Of a stretch of DNA of 64,000 nucleotides, positions 13,361 to 26,150 are shown in pieces. The DNA comes from Hemiscyllium ocellatum (Eukaryota), in contig NC_083435.1 of assembly GCF_020745735.1 (NCBI RefSeq), positions 8,897,201 through 8,961,200 of the forward strand. Direction: 5' to 3'. Both the position numbers and the translations under genes were made by a program. Each line of letters opens with the position of its first letter. The first letter of the stretch is position 1. The notes beneath the pieces are model-generated. The model did no database searches. It was given only the letters and a program-made list of their open reading frames with translations, and was not told the DNA's origin.

Positions 13361-13387
13361 AGTGGAAGAGAATTCGTGACTGTGAAG
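13361..13387 (+). CDS. 27-bp penultimate exon of butyrophilin-like gene A (EWKRIRDCE)
   Basis: tgtttctgtttccag|AGTGGAAGAGAATTCGTGACTGTGAAG|gtaaga. Splicing to 15957 gives EWKRIRDCE-VSVNLD, which parallels the mammalian BTN EWKK.....A-VDVTLD junction. Confidence 0.8.
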
Positions 13388-13489
13388 GTAAGATTTTAAC
13401 TTATATTTTAACTGGCAAGAAGGAAAGAAACTCAAAAGCTGACAACTCAAAGCAATGTCCATGTGAAAATCCCATGTGAACATTGTACA

Positions 13490-13930
13490 TCAGGAACAGG
13501 AGCAGGAGTGACCCCGAGAGCTTGCCCTGTCATTCATAAAGATGGCGGCTGATCTGATTGTGACCTTAACTCCATTTTCCTGCCAGACACCCACAACCTT
13601 CGACTCCCTCATTGATCAAAACCCTATTTAATTCAACTTTGAATATATTCAATGAACTGGGCTCCACTGCTCTGGAAGGGGAGAGAATTCCAAAGATTAA
13701 TGATCCTGAGACCCAAAATCCCTCCCCATCTCCATGTTAATTGGCAGGGTCCCAACTTTGAAACTCTGTCCCTGGTTCCATATTCCCCCACGATGGGAAA
13801 CAGCCTCTCAATGTCTACTCTGTCAACACCTTCATCATCTCATACATTTCAATAAGAACCTCTTGTTCCTCTAAACTCCAATGAGTACAGCCCCAGCCTG
13901 AAACCTTTCATCACAAGGGAACTGCTTCAT
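13490..13930 (-). mobile_element. CR1 3' fragment
   Basis: caggaacaggagcagg-type 3' UTR followed by ORF2 C-terminal sequence on the minus strand. Confidence 0.6.
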
Positions 13931-14190
13931 TCCAGGCACTGGCCGAGTGAACATTCTCTGACCTGCCCCCACTGTTTCAATAAAGCTTTTTCCCAATGGC
14001 CCCTACTTCAGTCTAACCAGGGCCAGATAAATTCCTTTTGATGACATTGGAATTCAGGAAGTTTAATTGGTATTGCATTTCTGCTTCCAATTTTGTGAAA
14101 ACACATTTCACTCCCCCATGATATTGGAAAATAATGAATGACAGTGGGACTCCCACAAACAGGAGCTTGTTCTCACTGAGGCAGCTGGAG

Positions 14191-15312
14191 TTATTGTTGT
14201 GGTTCTGTTCGCTGAGCTGGGAATTTGTGTTGCAGATGTTTCGTCCCCTGTCTAGATGACATCCTCAGTGTTTGGGAGCCTCCTGTGAAGCGCTTCTGTG
14301 ACCTTTCCTCCGGCATTTATAGTGATTTGTACCTGCCGCTTCCGGTTGTCAGTTCCAGCTGTCTGCTGCAGTGGCCGGTATATTGGGTCCAGGTCAATGT
14401 GCTTATTGATTGAATCTGTGGATGAGTGCCATGCCTCTAGGAATTCCCTGGCTGTTCTCTGTTTGGCTTGTCCTATAATAGTAGTGTTGTCCCAGTCGAA
14501 CTCATGTTGCTTGTCATCTGCGTGTGTGGCTACTAAGGATAGCTGGTCATGTCATTTCGTGGCTAGTTGGTGTTCATGGATGCGGATCATTAGCTGTCTT
14601 CCTGTTTGTCATATGTAGTGTTTTGTGCAGTCCTTGCATGGGACTTTGTACATTGCGTTGGTTTTGCACATGCTGGGTATCGGGTCCTGGTGAGTTGTTG
14701 TCTGAGAGTGGCTGTTGGTTTGTGTGCTGTTATGAGTCCTAGTGGTCGCAGTAGTCTGGCTGTTATTTCAGAAATGTTTTTGATGTATGGTAACGTGGCT
14801 AGTCCTTTGGGTTGTGGCATGTCCTTGTTCTGTTGACTTTCCCTTAGGCGAATACATTGTATAGGTATTCTTCTTCTTCTTTTTGCAGTTCTGGTGTGCT
14901 GCAGTGTGTTGTGGCCCTTTTGAACAGTGTCTTGATGCAACTTCTTTTGTGTGTGTTGGGGTGGTTGCTTTCGTAGTTCAGGACTTGGTCTGTGTGTGTG
15001 GCTTTCCTGTATACCTTTGTGGTGAATTCTCCATTCGGTGTTCTCTGTACCATCACGTCTAGGAATGGGAGTTGGTTGTCCTTTTCTTCCTCTCTAGTGA
15101 ATCAGATTCCTGTGAGTGTGGCAACCGGAAGCGACAGATACAAATCATTATAAATGCCGGAGGAAAGATCACAGAAGCGCTTCACAGGAGGCTCCCAAGC
15201 ACTGAGGATGTCACCTAGACAGGGGACGAAACGTCTGCAACACAAATTCCCAACTCGGCGAACAGAACCACAACAACGAGCACCCGAGCTACAAATCTTC
15301 TCCCAAACTTTG
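14191..15312 (-). mobile_element. 5'-truncated Penelope-like element with inverted pLTR
   Basis: Minus ORFs KVYRKATHTDQVLNYESNHP...HKRSCIKTLFKRA and ATLPYIKNISE (RT thumb and GIY-YIG region). Inverted repeat 14198-14347 vs 15122-15276. Possible TSD agctggag at 14183-14190 and 15313-15320. Confidence 0.9.
15199..15238 (+). ncRNA. Minimal hammerhead ribozyme motif in the Penelope pLTR, core intact
   Basis: gca-CTGAGGA-t-gtc(acctagacaggg)gac-GAAAC-GTC-tgc. It shows the CUGANGA and GAAA core, stem II GUC/GAC, stem I GCA/UGC and a GUC cleavage triplet. Confidence 0.7.
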
Positions 15313-15479
15313 AGCTGGAGCTATATCCCACTGGGTGTAAACTGAGAGAAAGATTCTGAATAAGGCTGGAATAACATAAAAGCAGTGGATTTAGACATTT
15401 TATGGAGACATGAGTGAGATGAATTTGAATTATTTATTTTTCAATTCTTTTAAAATTACTTTTTTGCTTGTAGTATTCG

Positions 15480-15910
15480 GGTCACAATCGAGATCCACAT
15501 TCATTGCCCACCCAAAATCCATCCCTCCTCACATACATATCCACATGGGCACGCACACAAACATAACCTGTGCTCATAAAAACATCCTTAGCACAAGCAC
15601 ATAACTCCTGCACACACACCATACACACACAACACTCCCAACAAATGTACATCCTGCACCCCACAAACCCATACCTCATCTTCATTCCACACACATCCAA
15701 ACTCCAACATTCATCCCACATGTATATATAACCCCCAACACACATGCAAACATCCCCGAACAGCCCCCACAAATATACATGCCCCTACACTCACAAAACA
15801 CCCCAGCACAAGCATATAAGTGCCTCTGCACATATCCTTCCACGCACACCCACACAGCCACCACCTATAGACAGCATTCCCCCCCAACTCACACTCACTC
15901 ACTCACTGTC
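15480..15910. repeat. Degenerate CA-rich low-complexity tract
   Basis: cacacac/cacacat/cccaca-rich sequence directly upstream of the B30.2 acceptor. Confidence 0.8.
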
Positions 15911-15956
15911 TCTGACCCCCAGGGACTGTCTCTAATTCTCTGTGTTTCTCTCCCAG

Positions 15957-16522
15957 TTTCTGTGAACCTGGATGTGGAAACAACAAATCCCCGGCTCAAG
16001 GTTTCTAAGGATCTGAAAAGTTTGAGTTTGATCCGGGACCGGAGGAGTCTCCCTGACACCGGGAAGAGGTTTACATACAGTCATTCTGCCCTAGGATCAA
16101 AGGGATTCTCATCGGGGAGACATTACTGGGAGGTGGAGGTGGAGAGGAATCAGTATTGGAGACTGGGAGTAGCCTCAGAGTCTGTGGAGAGGAAGAGACA
16201 GGTCAGTCTGATCCCGGAGAATGGATTCTGGACCATTGGACTGTTTAAGGATCAGTTTTATATAAACTCCTCTCCTCAATCCCTTTTCCCGGTTGGTCAG
16301 ATCCCCAGGAAGGTGGGAGTTTATCTCAGTTATGAATCTGGGACAGTTTCATTTTACAACGCGGACACCAAGTCCCATCTTCACACCTTCCCTGGGAATA
16401 AATTCACTGGGAAACTTTATCCTTTCTTCAGGACTGGCTATGTAGACCAGTTTCTGAGGATCTGCTCCAGTTCGGATCTGAAGCAAAAAAGAGGTGTGCC
16501 TTCAGGGTTATATCATCCATGA
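15957..16522 (+). CDS. Terminal B30.2 (PRY-SPRY) exon of butyrophilin-like gene A
   Basis: Acceptor ctctgtgtttctctcccag|, phase 1, open frame VSVNLDVETTNPRL...GRHYWEVEV...WRLGV...VGVYLSYESGTVSFYN...KLYPFF to TGA 16520-16522. Confidence 0.92.
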
Positions 16523-16661
16523 CATCACAATGTCCTGACCCTGGGATTAAGGTCAGGGTCAGAGTTCAGAGTTTGTGGGTCTGAAATAGGTTGTCAATAA
16601 GTGTGTCATTGACTTTCCAGATTGGACTTCGTAATATCGCAGTTAGACTGTAAATATATCC

Positions 16662-16687
16662 AATAAATGCTAGAAATTTACAATAAA
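16662..16687 (+). promoter_or_regulatory. Polyadenylation signals of gene A
   Basis: AATAAA at 16662-16667 and 16682-16687, about 140-160 bp after the stop. Confidence 0.6.
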
Positions 16688-17363
16688 AAGTATTTCTCTT
16701 ATGTCTCTCCTTCCATTATTTACTCCCTGCCTCAGTCAAACATCATCCCCACCCCCCAGTCCCATCCTCCATCTCTTCATGTGTTTCCCAGTCCGGAGTT
16801 GGAATTTCTCTGTGCTTCCATTTCTCACTCTACGCCCAGAACATAAAATCCTGAGGGAAAACTCCAAACACTGAAGAGTGACAAAGCTGAATTTGCATAG
16901 CATCGATGGAGCATGACATACTGGGGTTTCTATTTGAAGAGAAACAATTCAATCCTGTCCAAAACAAGTTATGAGGAGCTCTATAAATTAACAGCAATTT
17001 TTTGTCACAGAAAGGCCTCAGACAGTCATTCGTATATTAGAATAAATGCATTTTCTGGTCATATCTGGTGAATATTGCAGTCTGAACTTGGAACCTCCAT
17101 TTTCACTGTGTAACCCTTTATTGTGAGGTGGTTCAAACTGTGAGTTGGAATCATCAGGTCATTTTCTCAGTAACAGCCAATGACTGGTGGGATACCATAG
17201 GGATCAGTGCTTGGAACCCAACCATTCACAATATTTATGAATGAGTCAGATGAGAAAACTAAATATCTCCATGATTTGGAGGTACCAGTGTTGGACTGGG
17301 GTGCACAAAGTTAAAAAAAATCATACTCCCACAATCCCACAGTCACACACGCGCCCTCTCACA

Positions 17364-17505
17364 NNNNNNNNNNNNNNNNNNNNNNNNNNNNNNNNNNNNN
17401 NNNNNNNNNNNNNNNNNNNNNNNNNNNNNNNNNNNNNNNNNNNNNNNNNNNNNNNNNNNNNNNNNNNNNNNNNNNNNNNNNNNNNNNNNNNNNNNNNNNN
17501 NNNNN
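17364..17505. other. Assembly gap (142 N) at a CA repeat inside a Penelope-like element
   Basis: Run of N flanked by cacacacgcgccctctcaca and acacgc. Confidence 0.98.
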
Positions 17506-17970
17506 ACACGCAGAAATGTGTGGGGTGAATTTGTACTTGCAGAATTAAATTTTATTTTACTCAAAAGCTGCATGAATCCATGTAAGATTCTGTAAATCCC
17601 CTTTTTAGATTAGAATCAGTCTGAACATTGGGGCACAAGCCTCACACAGAGCACCTCACACCTTCAATACATTATCTGGGCCAACATGGCACCTATTGTT
17701 AAACTTGAGAATGTAACTTTAAGAAAATTCTGGGATTTACATCTGAAAGAACTGAAACCAACATGGTCATTCTAAAAGATGAGAGAATTAACAAACAATC
17801 CAGGCCATTTTCAATATTTAATTTCAGTTACATCACACTGTGAACCTTTGCTATAAATTCTGTGTCCTATGATCTTATACTCCACAACCACCTGATGAAG
17901 GAGCAGTACTCTGAAAGCTTTTGCTTCCAAATAAACCTGTTGGACTCGACCCTGGTGTTGTGTGATTTTT
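17506..17970 (+). mobile_element. Penelope-like element 3' part (third family) with hammerhead-like pLTR
   Basis: Ends cacctgatgaaggagcagtactctgaaagc...aataaacctgttggact...cctggtgttgtgtgattttt. Confidence 0.6.
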
Positions 17971-18374
17971 ACCAAAATATCTCCAGGTTTTCAGATGAGA
18001 TAAAGCTGGGTGGGTGCGTAAACAGTGAAGAGGTTGCTTAGATATTTCAGTGTAATTTGGAAAAGTTGAGTGAGTGGGTAAATGCATGGCAGATAAAATA
18101 CAATGTGAACAAATGTGAGGTTATCCACTTTGATAGTGAAAACAGCTTATTAACTGAATAGCGATAGAATGGAAAAATGAGTGGAAAACCAGACCTGGGT
18201 GTCCTTGTCCACCAGCTGTTGAATCTAAGCTGGTAGGTGCATCAGAAAGTGAGGACGGTTTCGCAGACTGGGATGGCAGGACTGACAGCTGGAAAGAGAT
18301 TCAGTTTATGGGAAGGACATTCACTGGAGTTTGGAAGCACTGGTCATTCTCACTGGAATATATATTTTCCGTGA

Positions 18375-18612
18375 GCCACTCTCTGGAATGTCTGCCATTT
18401 ACTCAGAGAGTAGTAATGGTATGGAATGCTTTGCCTGCAACGAGAGTAGATTTGCCAAGTTTAAGGGCATTTAAGTTGTCATTGGACAGGCATATGGACG
18501 TACACGGAATAGTATAGGTGGGATGGGCTTCAGATTTGTATGACAGGGCGGCACAACATCGAGGGCCGAAGGGCCTGTACTGTACTGTAATGTTCTATGT
18601 TCTATGTTCTAT
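18375..18612 (+). mobile_element. CR1 3' end with (gttctat)n tail
   Basis: FTQRVVMVWNALP...LDRHMD, then the tail tgttctatgttctatgttctat. Confidence 0.85.
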
Positions 18613-18855
18613 ATCCTAAACCATGTTTGCTGCTAAATTTCTTTCTGAGACTATTCCAGCCAGCTCCGCTCTCATTCCTTTGTAATTGTCAACATTTAAG
18701 TTTCAGACAGTTTCAACCAAACTACCTCCCTCCGAACTGAATACTAAGTTTAACTGTGTCATGGTCAGTATTTCCTTGGAAATCTTTTTCTCAGACATCA
18801 TTTATTAACCCTGCCTTATTATACAACGTCAGGACCCTGGTTAGATTCACAACAT

Positions 18856-21224
18856 GGAGAAAGTGAGGACTGCAGATGCTGGGAATCAGAGCTTAAAAAT
18901 GTGTTGCTGAAAAAGCGCAGCAGGTCAGGCAGCATCAAAGGAGCAGGAGAATCAACGTTTCAGGCATAAGCCCTTCTTTAGGAATGAGGAGGGTGTGCCA
19001 AGCAGGCTAAGCTAAAAGGTAGGGAGGAGAGACTTGGGGAGAGGCTTTGGGAATGCAATAGGTGGAAGGAGGTTAAGGTGAGGGTGATAGGCCGGAGAGG
19101 AGGTGGGGGCGGAGAGGTCGGGAAGAAGATTGCAGGTCAAGAAGGCGGTGCTGAGCCTGAGGGCTGGGACTGAGCAAAGGTGGGGGGAGGGGAAATGAGG
19201 AAGCTAGAGAAATCCGTATTCATCCCCTGTGGCTGGAGGGTTCCTAGGCGGAAGATGAGCCGCTCTTCCTCCAGGGTGGTGTTGCCATAGTCTGGTGATG
19301 GAGCTGCATGTCCTTGGCGGAGTGGGATGGGGAGTTAAAGTGTTCAGCCACGGGGCAGTTGGTGCGGGTGTCCCAGAGGTGTTCTCTGAAACGTTCTGCA
19401 AGTAGGCGGCCTGTCTCCCTAATGTATAAGAGGCCACGTCAGGTGCAGCGGATGCAGTAAATGGTGTGTGTGGAGGTGCAGGTGACTTTCTGATGGATAA
19501 TGAAGGATCCCTTGGGGCCTTGGAGGGAAGTGAGGGTGGAGGTGTGGGTGCAAGTTTTGCATTTTTTGCGGTTGCAGGGGAAGGTGCTGAGAGTGGAGGT
19601 TGGGTTGGTGGGAGGGGATGAATCTGACAAGGGAGTCGCGGAGGAAATGGTCTTTCCGGAATGCTGATAGGGGAGGGGAGGGAAATATATCCCTGATGGT
19701 GGGGTCCGTTTGGAGGTGGCGGAAATAACGAGGGATGATCCGATGTATCTGGAGGTTGGTGGGTTGGTAGGTGAGGACCAGTGGGGTTCAGTCCTGGTGG
19801 CGATTGGAGTGGCAGGGTTCAAGGGTGAAGGAGCAGGAAGTGGAGGAGATGCGATGGAGAGCATCATCAACCACGTCTGAGGGGAAATTGCGATCTTTGA
19901 AGAAGGAGGCCATCTGGGTTGTTCGGTATTGGAACTGGTCCTCCTGGGAGCAGATGCGGCGAAGGCGAAGGAATTGGGAATATGGGATGGCTTTTTTACA
20001 GGGGGCAGGGTGGGAAGAGGTGTAATCTAGGTAGCTATGGGAGTCAGTCGGTTTATAGTATACGTCCGTGTTGAGTCGGTTGTCTGAGATAGAAATGGAA
20101 AGGTCTAGGAAGGAGAGGGAGGAGTCTGAGATGGTCTAGGTAAATTTGAGGTTGGGATGGAAGGTGTTAGTAAAGTGGATGAACTGTTCAACCTCCTCGT
20201 GGGAGCACGAGGTAGCGTCGATACAGTCATCAATGTAGCGGAGGAAAAGGTGGGGTGTGGTGCCAGTGTAGCTGCAGAAGATGGACTGTTCCACATATCC
20301 AACGAAGAGGCAGGCATAGCTGGGGCCCATACGGGTGTCCATGGCTACTCCTTTCATTTGGAGGAAGTGGGAGGATTGGAAAGAGAAGTTGTTCAGGGTG
20401 AGGACCAGTTCAGTCAGTTGAAGGAGAGTGTCAGTGGAAAGGTACTGGTTGGTTTGGCGGGAAAGGAAGAAGCAGAGGGCTTTGAGGCCTTCGTGATGGG
20501 GGATGGAGGTGTATAGGGACTGGACGTCCATGGTGAAGATAAGGCGTTGGGGGCCGGGGAAGCGAAAGTCATGGAAGAGGTGGAGGGCGTGGATGGTGTC
20601 CCAAACATAGGTGGGGAGTTCTTGGACTAAGCGGGACAGGACCGATGCAGAAATGAGATCAGTGGTGCAGGAGCAGGCTGAGACAATGGGTCGGCCGGGA
20701 CAGTCAGGTTTGTGGATTTTGGGCAGGAGGTAGAAATGGGCCGTGTGAGGTTGTGGGACTATGAGGTTGGAGGCGGTGGATGGGAGATCCCCTGAGGTGA
20801 TGAGGTTATGGATGGTCTGGGAGATGATGGTTTGGTGGTAGGAGGTGGGGTCATGGTCAAAGGGGCAGTAGGAAGAGGTGTCCGTGAGCTGGCGTTTATC
20901 CTCAGCAATATAAAGATCGGAATTCACCTGCATCTCCACACACATCATTTACTGCATCCGCTGCACCCAATGTGCCTCCTATACATTGGGGAGACAGGCC
21001 GCCTACTTGCTGAACGTTTCAGAGAATACCTCTGGGACACCCGCACCAACCAACCCAACCGCCCCATTCCCAACACCCCTCCCCCAAGTCCCTCCTCCCT
21101 ACCTTTAAACTTAGCCTGCTTGGCACACCCTCCTCATTCCTGAAGAAGGGTTTATGCCCAAAATGTCAATTCTCCTTCTCCTTTGATGCTGCCTGACCTG
21201 CTGCGCTTTTCCAGCAACACATTT
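18856..21224 (-). mobile_element. Penelope-like element with RT, GIY-YIG and 5' inverted pLTR; 15-bp TSD
   Basis: ORF 20136-20948 has LLPKIHKPDCPGRPIVS, FTMDVQSLYTSIP, GVAM.TRMGPSYACLF and RYIDD. GIY-YIG motif IYCIRC. Inverted segment 20925-21224. TSD ttagattcacaacat at 18841-18855 and 21225-21239. Confidence 0.93.
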
Positions 21225-21309
21225 TTAGATTCACAACATATTGTTCTGGGAAACTGACCTGAATACACTTTATGGATTCTTCCTCATCTTCCTCTGACAG
21301 CCTCACAAT

Positions 21310-23000
21310 CTCAATCGATATGAAGATTAAAGTCACTCATGACCTAAGCACTGCCTTTGTTATAGTCCCTCATTATCTCTTGATTTACTCCCTGTCCCAC
21401 CATATAGTGACTGTTCGGGGACCCATATGTCCCTCTATAACCTTAAACATCCTTCAGCACTTTCCACAACACTACCGACCTTCGTATCATCAGCAAATTT
21501 ACGAACCATCCAGGTCGTCCAGGTCATTTATGTAAATGATAAACAACAGGGGACCCAAAACAGATTCTTGTGGTACACTACCAGTAACTGAACTCCCGGA
21601 TGAACATTTCCGATCAATCACCACAATCACATTAAGTCACCCTCAATCCCATGCCTCTGTATTTTCTGCAATAGCCTACTGTGGGGAACCTTATCAAATG
21701 CCTTCCTGAAATCCATATACACCACATCAATCACTTTACCTCAGCCAACTGTTGGGTCACCTTCTCAAAGAACTCAATAACGTTTGTGAGACACAACCTA
21801 TGCTTCACAAAACTGTGTTGGCTATCCTGAATCATCTTCTTCCTTTCTAGATGATTATAAATCCTATCTTTTATAACCTTTTCCAACACTTTACCCACGA
21901 CCAAAATAAGTTCACAGGTCTATAATTCCCAGAGTCGTCTCTACTCCCCTTTTGAACAAGGGAACAACATTTGCTATCCTCCAGTCTTCTGGCACTATTC
22001 CTGTCGACAATGATGACATAAAGATTAAAGCCAAAGGCTCAGCAATCTCCTCCCTAGCTTCCTAGAAAATCCTAGGATAAATCCCATCTGTCCCAGGGGA
22101 CTTAGCTATTTTCACACTTTCCAGAATTACTAACAGCTGCTCCATGTGAACGTCAATCTCATCTAGTCTAGTAGTCTGTATCTCAGTATTCTCCTTGACA
22201 TGTGTGAATACTGACGAGAAATAACCATTTAGCACTTCCCCTTTCTCCTCAGACTCCATGCATAACTTCCCACTGCTATCCTTGATTGGCCCTAATCTTA
22301 CTCTCATTATTCTTTTATTCCCGATGTACCTTTGGGAAGCCTAGGGCTTTCCTTGATCCTATCTGCCAAAGACTTCTCATGTCCCCTCTTGCCTCTTCTT
22401 AGCTCTCTCTTTAGGTCTTTCCTGTCTAACCTGTAACCCTCAAGCACCCTAACTGCACCTTCCCGACTCATCCTAATATAAGCCTGCTTCTTCCTCTTGA
22501 CAAAAGCTTCAACTTCTTTAGTAAACCATGGCTCCCTCGCATGACCACTTTCCCTGTGCCTAACAGGTACATAATTATCAAGGACACAGTAGCTGTTCCG
22601 TGAATAAGCTTCACATTTCAATTGCACCCATTCCCTGCAGTTTCCTTCCCCATCCTATGCATCCTATATACTGCCTAGTTGCAACATAATTGCCTTTCCC
22701 CCAGCAATAACTCTTGCCCTGTGGTATATACCTATCCCTTTCCATCACTAAAGAAAACATAACCGAATTGTGGTCACTATCACTGAAGTGTTCACCTACC
22801 TCCAAATCTAACACTTGGCCTGGTTCATTACCCAGGACCAAATCCAATGTGACCTTATCCCTTGTTGGCTTGTCAACATACTGTGTCAGGAAACCATCCA
22901 ACACATTGGAAAAAAATTGACTGATCTAAAGTACTCAAGCTATAGTATTCCCAGTCAATATTTGGAAAGTTAAAGACCCCACAACAACTCTCGCTCCTAT
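21310..23000 (-). mobile_element. Decayed CR1 ORF2 (EN and RT)
   Basis: Minus frames give TLDLVLGNEPGQV, SDSDHNSV, EPWFTKEVE and KSPGTDGIYPRI. Confidence 0.88.
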
Positions 23001-23220
23001 CCTGTGTAAGGTCCTTCTGGCAAAGTACAGTAGGACTCCATTTCGTTATCAGGCCCTCCCGGTGCCTCAAGTACATGTAAATATATCCTTGTATCAGTAA
23101 GCAATGCCTTGGGTAAATTTGTTCTGCATATGTAAGGTCTGTGTATTAAACTGCTCTCGTGACCATGTGTGCATTTAAGGAATTTTTATGAATTAAGTAT
23201 ATTTTTGAAATAAAAGAAGC
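23000..23220 (+). mobile_element. Tx1-like LINE 3' tail fragment
   Basis: Ends ttatgaattaagtatatttttgaaataaaa, like the Tx1 tail at 61436-61468. Confidence 0.55.
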
Positions 23221-24039
23221 ATATATCCTGGGTGGGAGAGACAGAATCTGTGGTTGGAGGAGCAACTCTCTCCCTCCTGCAGTTGCTGCTCCTCTGATCA
23301 CAGCTCTTCACTCCATTCCTTCTCTGAACAACTGTCAGGTTCATTGACAGCTAGTGTTTGTTTCAATAAATGTTACTGAGTGTGGGAATGACTTTCAGGC
23401 AGCTTTAGGTCCAGTTTCCAGTGCAAATTGTGGCGTTTGCCTATTTTCCTGCACACCATTACTATCCAAACAATGTGGAGATGCCGGTGTTGGACTTTAT
23501 CTGAATGACGGCCTGATACCCTTCTGAATGCCTGAACTGAACCAGCTTCCCCCACTTTTCCAGGCAGTGGATTCCCCACCCTAATTACTCGCTCTGTGAA
23601 AAAGGTGTTTTCTCAGATCAGCCCTGTTTTGGAGGGACGTCACTATAAAACTGCTTTCCGAAACAAGAATAAACACGGCAGAGGATATGAAGTAAAATTA
23701 TTGACCTCAGTGTTGAGTCTGGAAGGCTGTAAAATGTCTCACTGAAAGATCAGATGCTGTTTGGCAAACTTTCATTCAGTTGCAATGGGACAATGCTGGA
23801 AGCAAGGACAGAGATCGGGGGGAGAACGTGGCAGCGAACTGTGTTTTATTTGGTTTATTTATACAATATCTGTAAGTACATTACAAAGCAATTCAGAGCA
23901 GACATTATGGAAAATATCATAAAATATCATGACTCATTTGAGAATTTAAACTCTCAGGTACCTCAATCTAAATGCAAATTTGGAAGATTTACTAAACACG
24001 ATAATAAACTATTCCCATTTCAACATCAGTGACAAGCAC

Positions 24040-26150
24040 CTGGAATACAGAGTCCTGCCTCATGGACCTCAATATAAACCACTGCATCTCTCTCAGACCT
24101 CTTTTGCAAAAGAATATTCTGGAAGATGATGTATGACAGTCTCTTCACTACCACAGTCATTTCAAGATCAATGTGTGGTCGCACAGGGACCAGGCATCAT
24201 GAAGGATCTCACAGGCAGTGCCCTTCTCACCACCAGCCCAGCTACATCTTGGTGCTTGTTGGAAAGTTCTGCTGATGAGACATTCTGCCAAATGACTTTA
24301 TCAGTTTGCTCAGGCAACCATCCAAGAAGATCGATTACCACATTTCCCACAGGGCTTTGGGGACATTATGTGCTGACCATGATGGAGTCACGGTCAAAGT
24401 GGTTTTCCCGAACAAGCTTTTCCATGACGGGCAGCTGGTGGAGTATGGTCCAACTATCTGGAGCGTTCTGCCGGCAGACCCATCCTTCCCAGCACGGGGA
24501 CAGATAGATCCTCAGCACATAGTGACACTCAGTGTTCACAGACAAGGGCCTATGTACAGCTTGATGCAGCTATACACACCTCAGACGTAATCCATCTTTA
24601 ACCTCTGGATGAAGTAGAGGATGGTTCAGGTGCCCACTGTGGTGCAGGTTCAGGCAATGGGCCAGATCTATGCCATGTACAGCAACATCAGACCACCTCA
24701 CACCTGATGACTAGGTTTATTTTACCTGCAATGGAGAAGGAGCAGCGCTCCCACATGCCCAGTCTCTGTCTCACTTTGACAATAGGCTGCTCCTAGTTTC
24801 TAGCACGCTCTTTAGCCCAGCACTTCAGGTAATGTGTCCTGACAGTGGGGGGGATAAAGAATCAATCAGCCCAGCTCCCAAAGGTCATGATCTCCCTCTT
24901 GCATTAATTTACTTTGGTTCCTGGGACCTGTTTGGCCTGTTCACAGATGCCCATGTGTCTGTGCATTGACAGTGGATCTGAGCAGAAAACAGTGCACCTC
25001 AGCTCTGAAGGAGAGTCATCTCGATTTGAAATATTAGTTTGCTCTGTCTCCACGGATGCTGTCTGACCCGCTGTGACCTCCAGCATTTTCTGTTTTCATA
25101 CACATTTCAGGGTCTGCAGTTATTTGCTCCTGCACCTTCCAGTTAGTTATTGTTGTTGTGTCACCATAGTCTTGCCAGACCAAAGGGGCTGCTCTCTCAT
25201 TAGAGAGAAGCGACTGGTGGTGATTTAACCTGAGGGCCACCAATTCTCAGGCGAGGGGAGAGGTTGAGAAGGAGAGTCCTTCACTTACAGATGGTAAACT
25301 TTGACCTCCAGGCCTCCGCTGCCTGGAATAGTCACCTCTTCAAACCCACATCCTTCCTGATGGACTCAGGCCATATACAATACACAAATTTGGCAGCAGA
25401 GAGAGGGTAACCCTGACTAATGCCAGGTTCAATTGGGAAACTTCCTGATTCTCACCAAATGAGTGAGACTGTGCGACTGATGTTTGTGTAGAACAGACGG
25501 ATCCAATTACAGATCCCCTCCTCAAAGCTCATTTTGGACAGCACATCCCTCATAAAGGTGTTTGATACTCTGTCAAAGGCTGGCTACATCTGTTCCTATG
25601 TCTTATGGTAAAGGGGGGAGAGTGAGGGGTTTGGATGGGGTACATGGTGTCTGTGCGAAACACTCAGGATGTAGGTTGGGCATTCTCGGTAATAGATTTG
25701 CATTTCCAGATCACATGTCTGAAAGTCTCAGGGGAGTAATCTTGTCTGAAGCCCATGAAGGCACTCATCAGTTGGGGCTCCTGACACAGTTAGGCAAGGG
25801 CAGCTCCCACACCAGTCAGAGGAATTGGGCACAGTGAGGGCGGAGTGTTTCCAGTCAGGGGGTCTATCCCACTGTAGTCCAGGGACTGGGCCATGGTCTT
25901 TCCATTAGATTCCTCAGGGAAGTCCAGGGACATGAGCAAATGCAGTCAATGAGATGCATTGGAACCAGTCAGGGGCCTGGACGTGATTTGCACTGGGCTG
26001 TCCCTTCATGACAGGTAAGGAGCTGAGCCACGATCAGTCTGTCAGATCTGTCTGCAGAAACTAAGGGAGATGGGGGCCTGTGAGGCACAGTGCCTTGTCA
26101 GGACGGCTGGCTGCAGGCTCTGAGATAGGGTACGGTGTAATTGTGAAGGG
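24040..26150 (-). mobile_element. Fragments of Tx1-like ORF2 (C-terminal and RT-upstream regions), interrupted
   Basis: The minus frame KVIWQNVSSAELSNKHQDVAGLVVRRALPVRSFM is typical of the Tx1 ORF2 C-terminus. 25560-26100 resembles the linker/RT region. Confidence 0.6.

Noticed and set aside
15779-15956. N-terminal 60 aa of the 247-aa ORF
   Set aside because: It is read-through of the CA-rich intron upstream of the acceptor at 15957.
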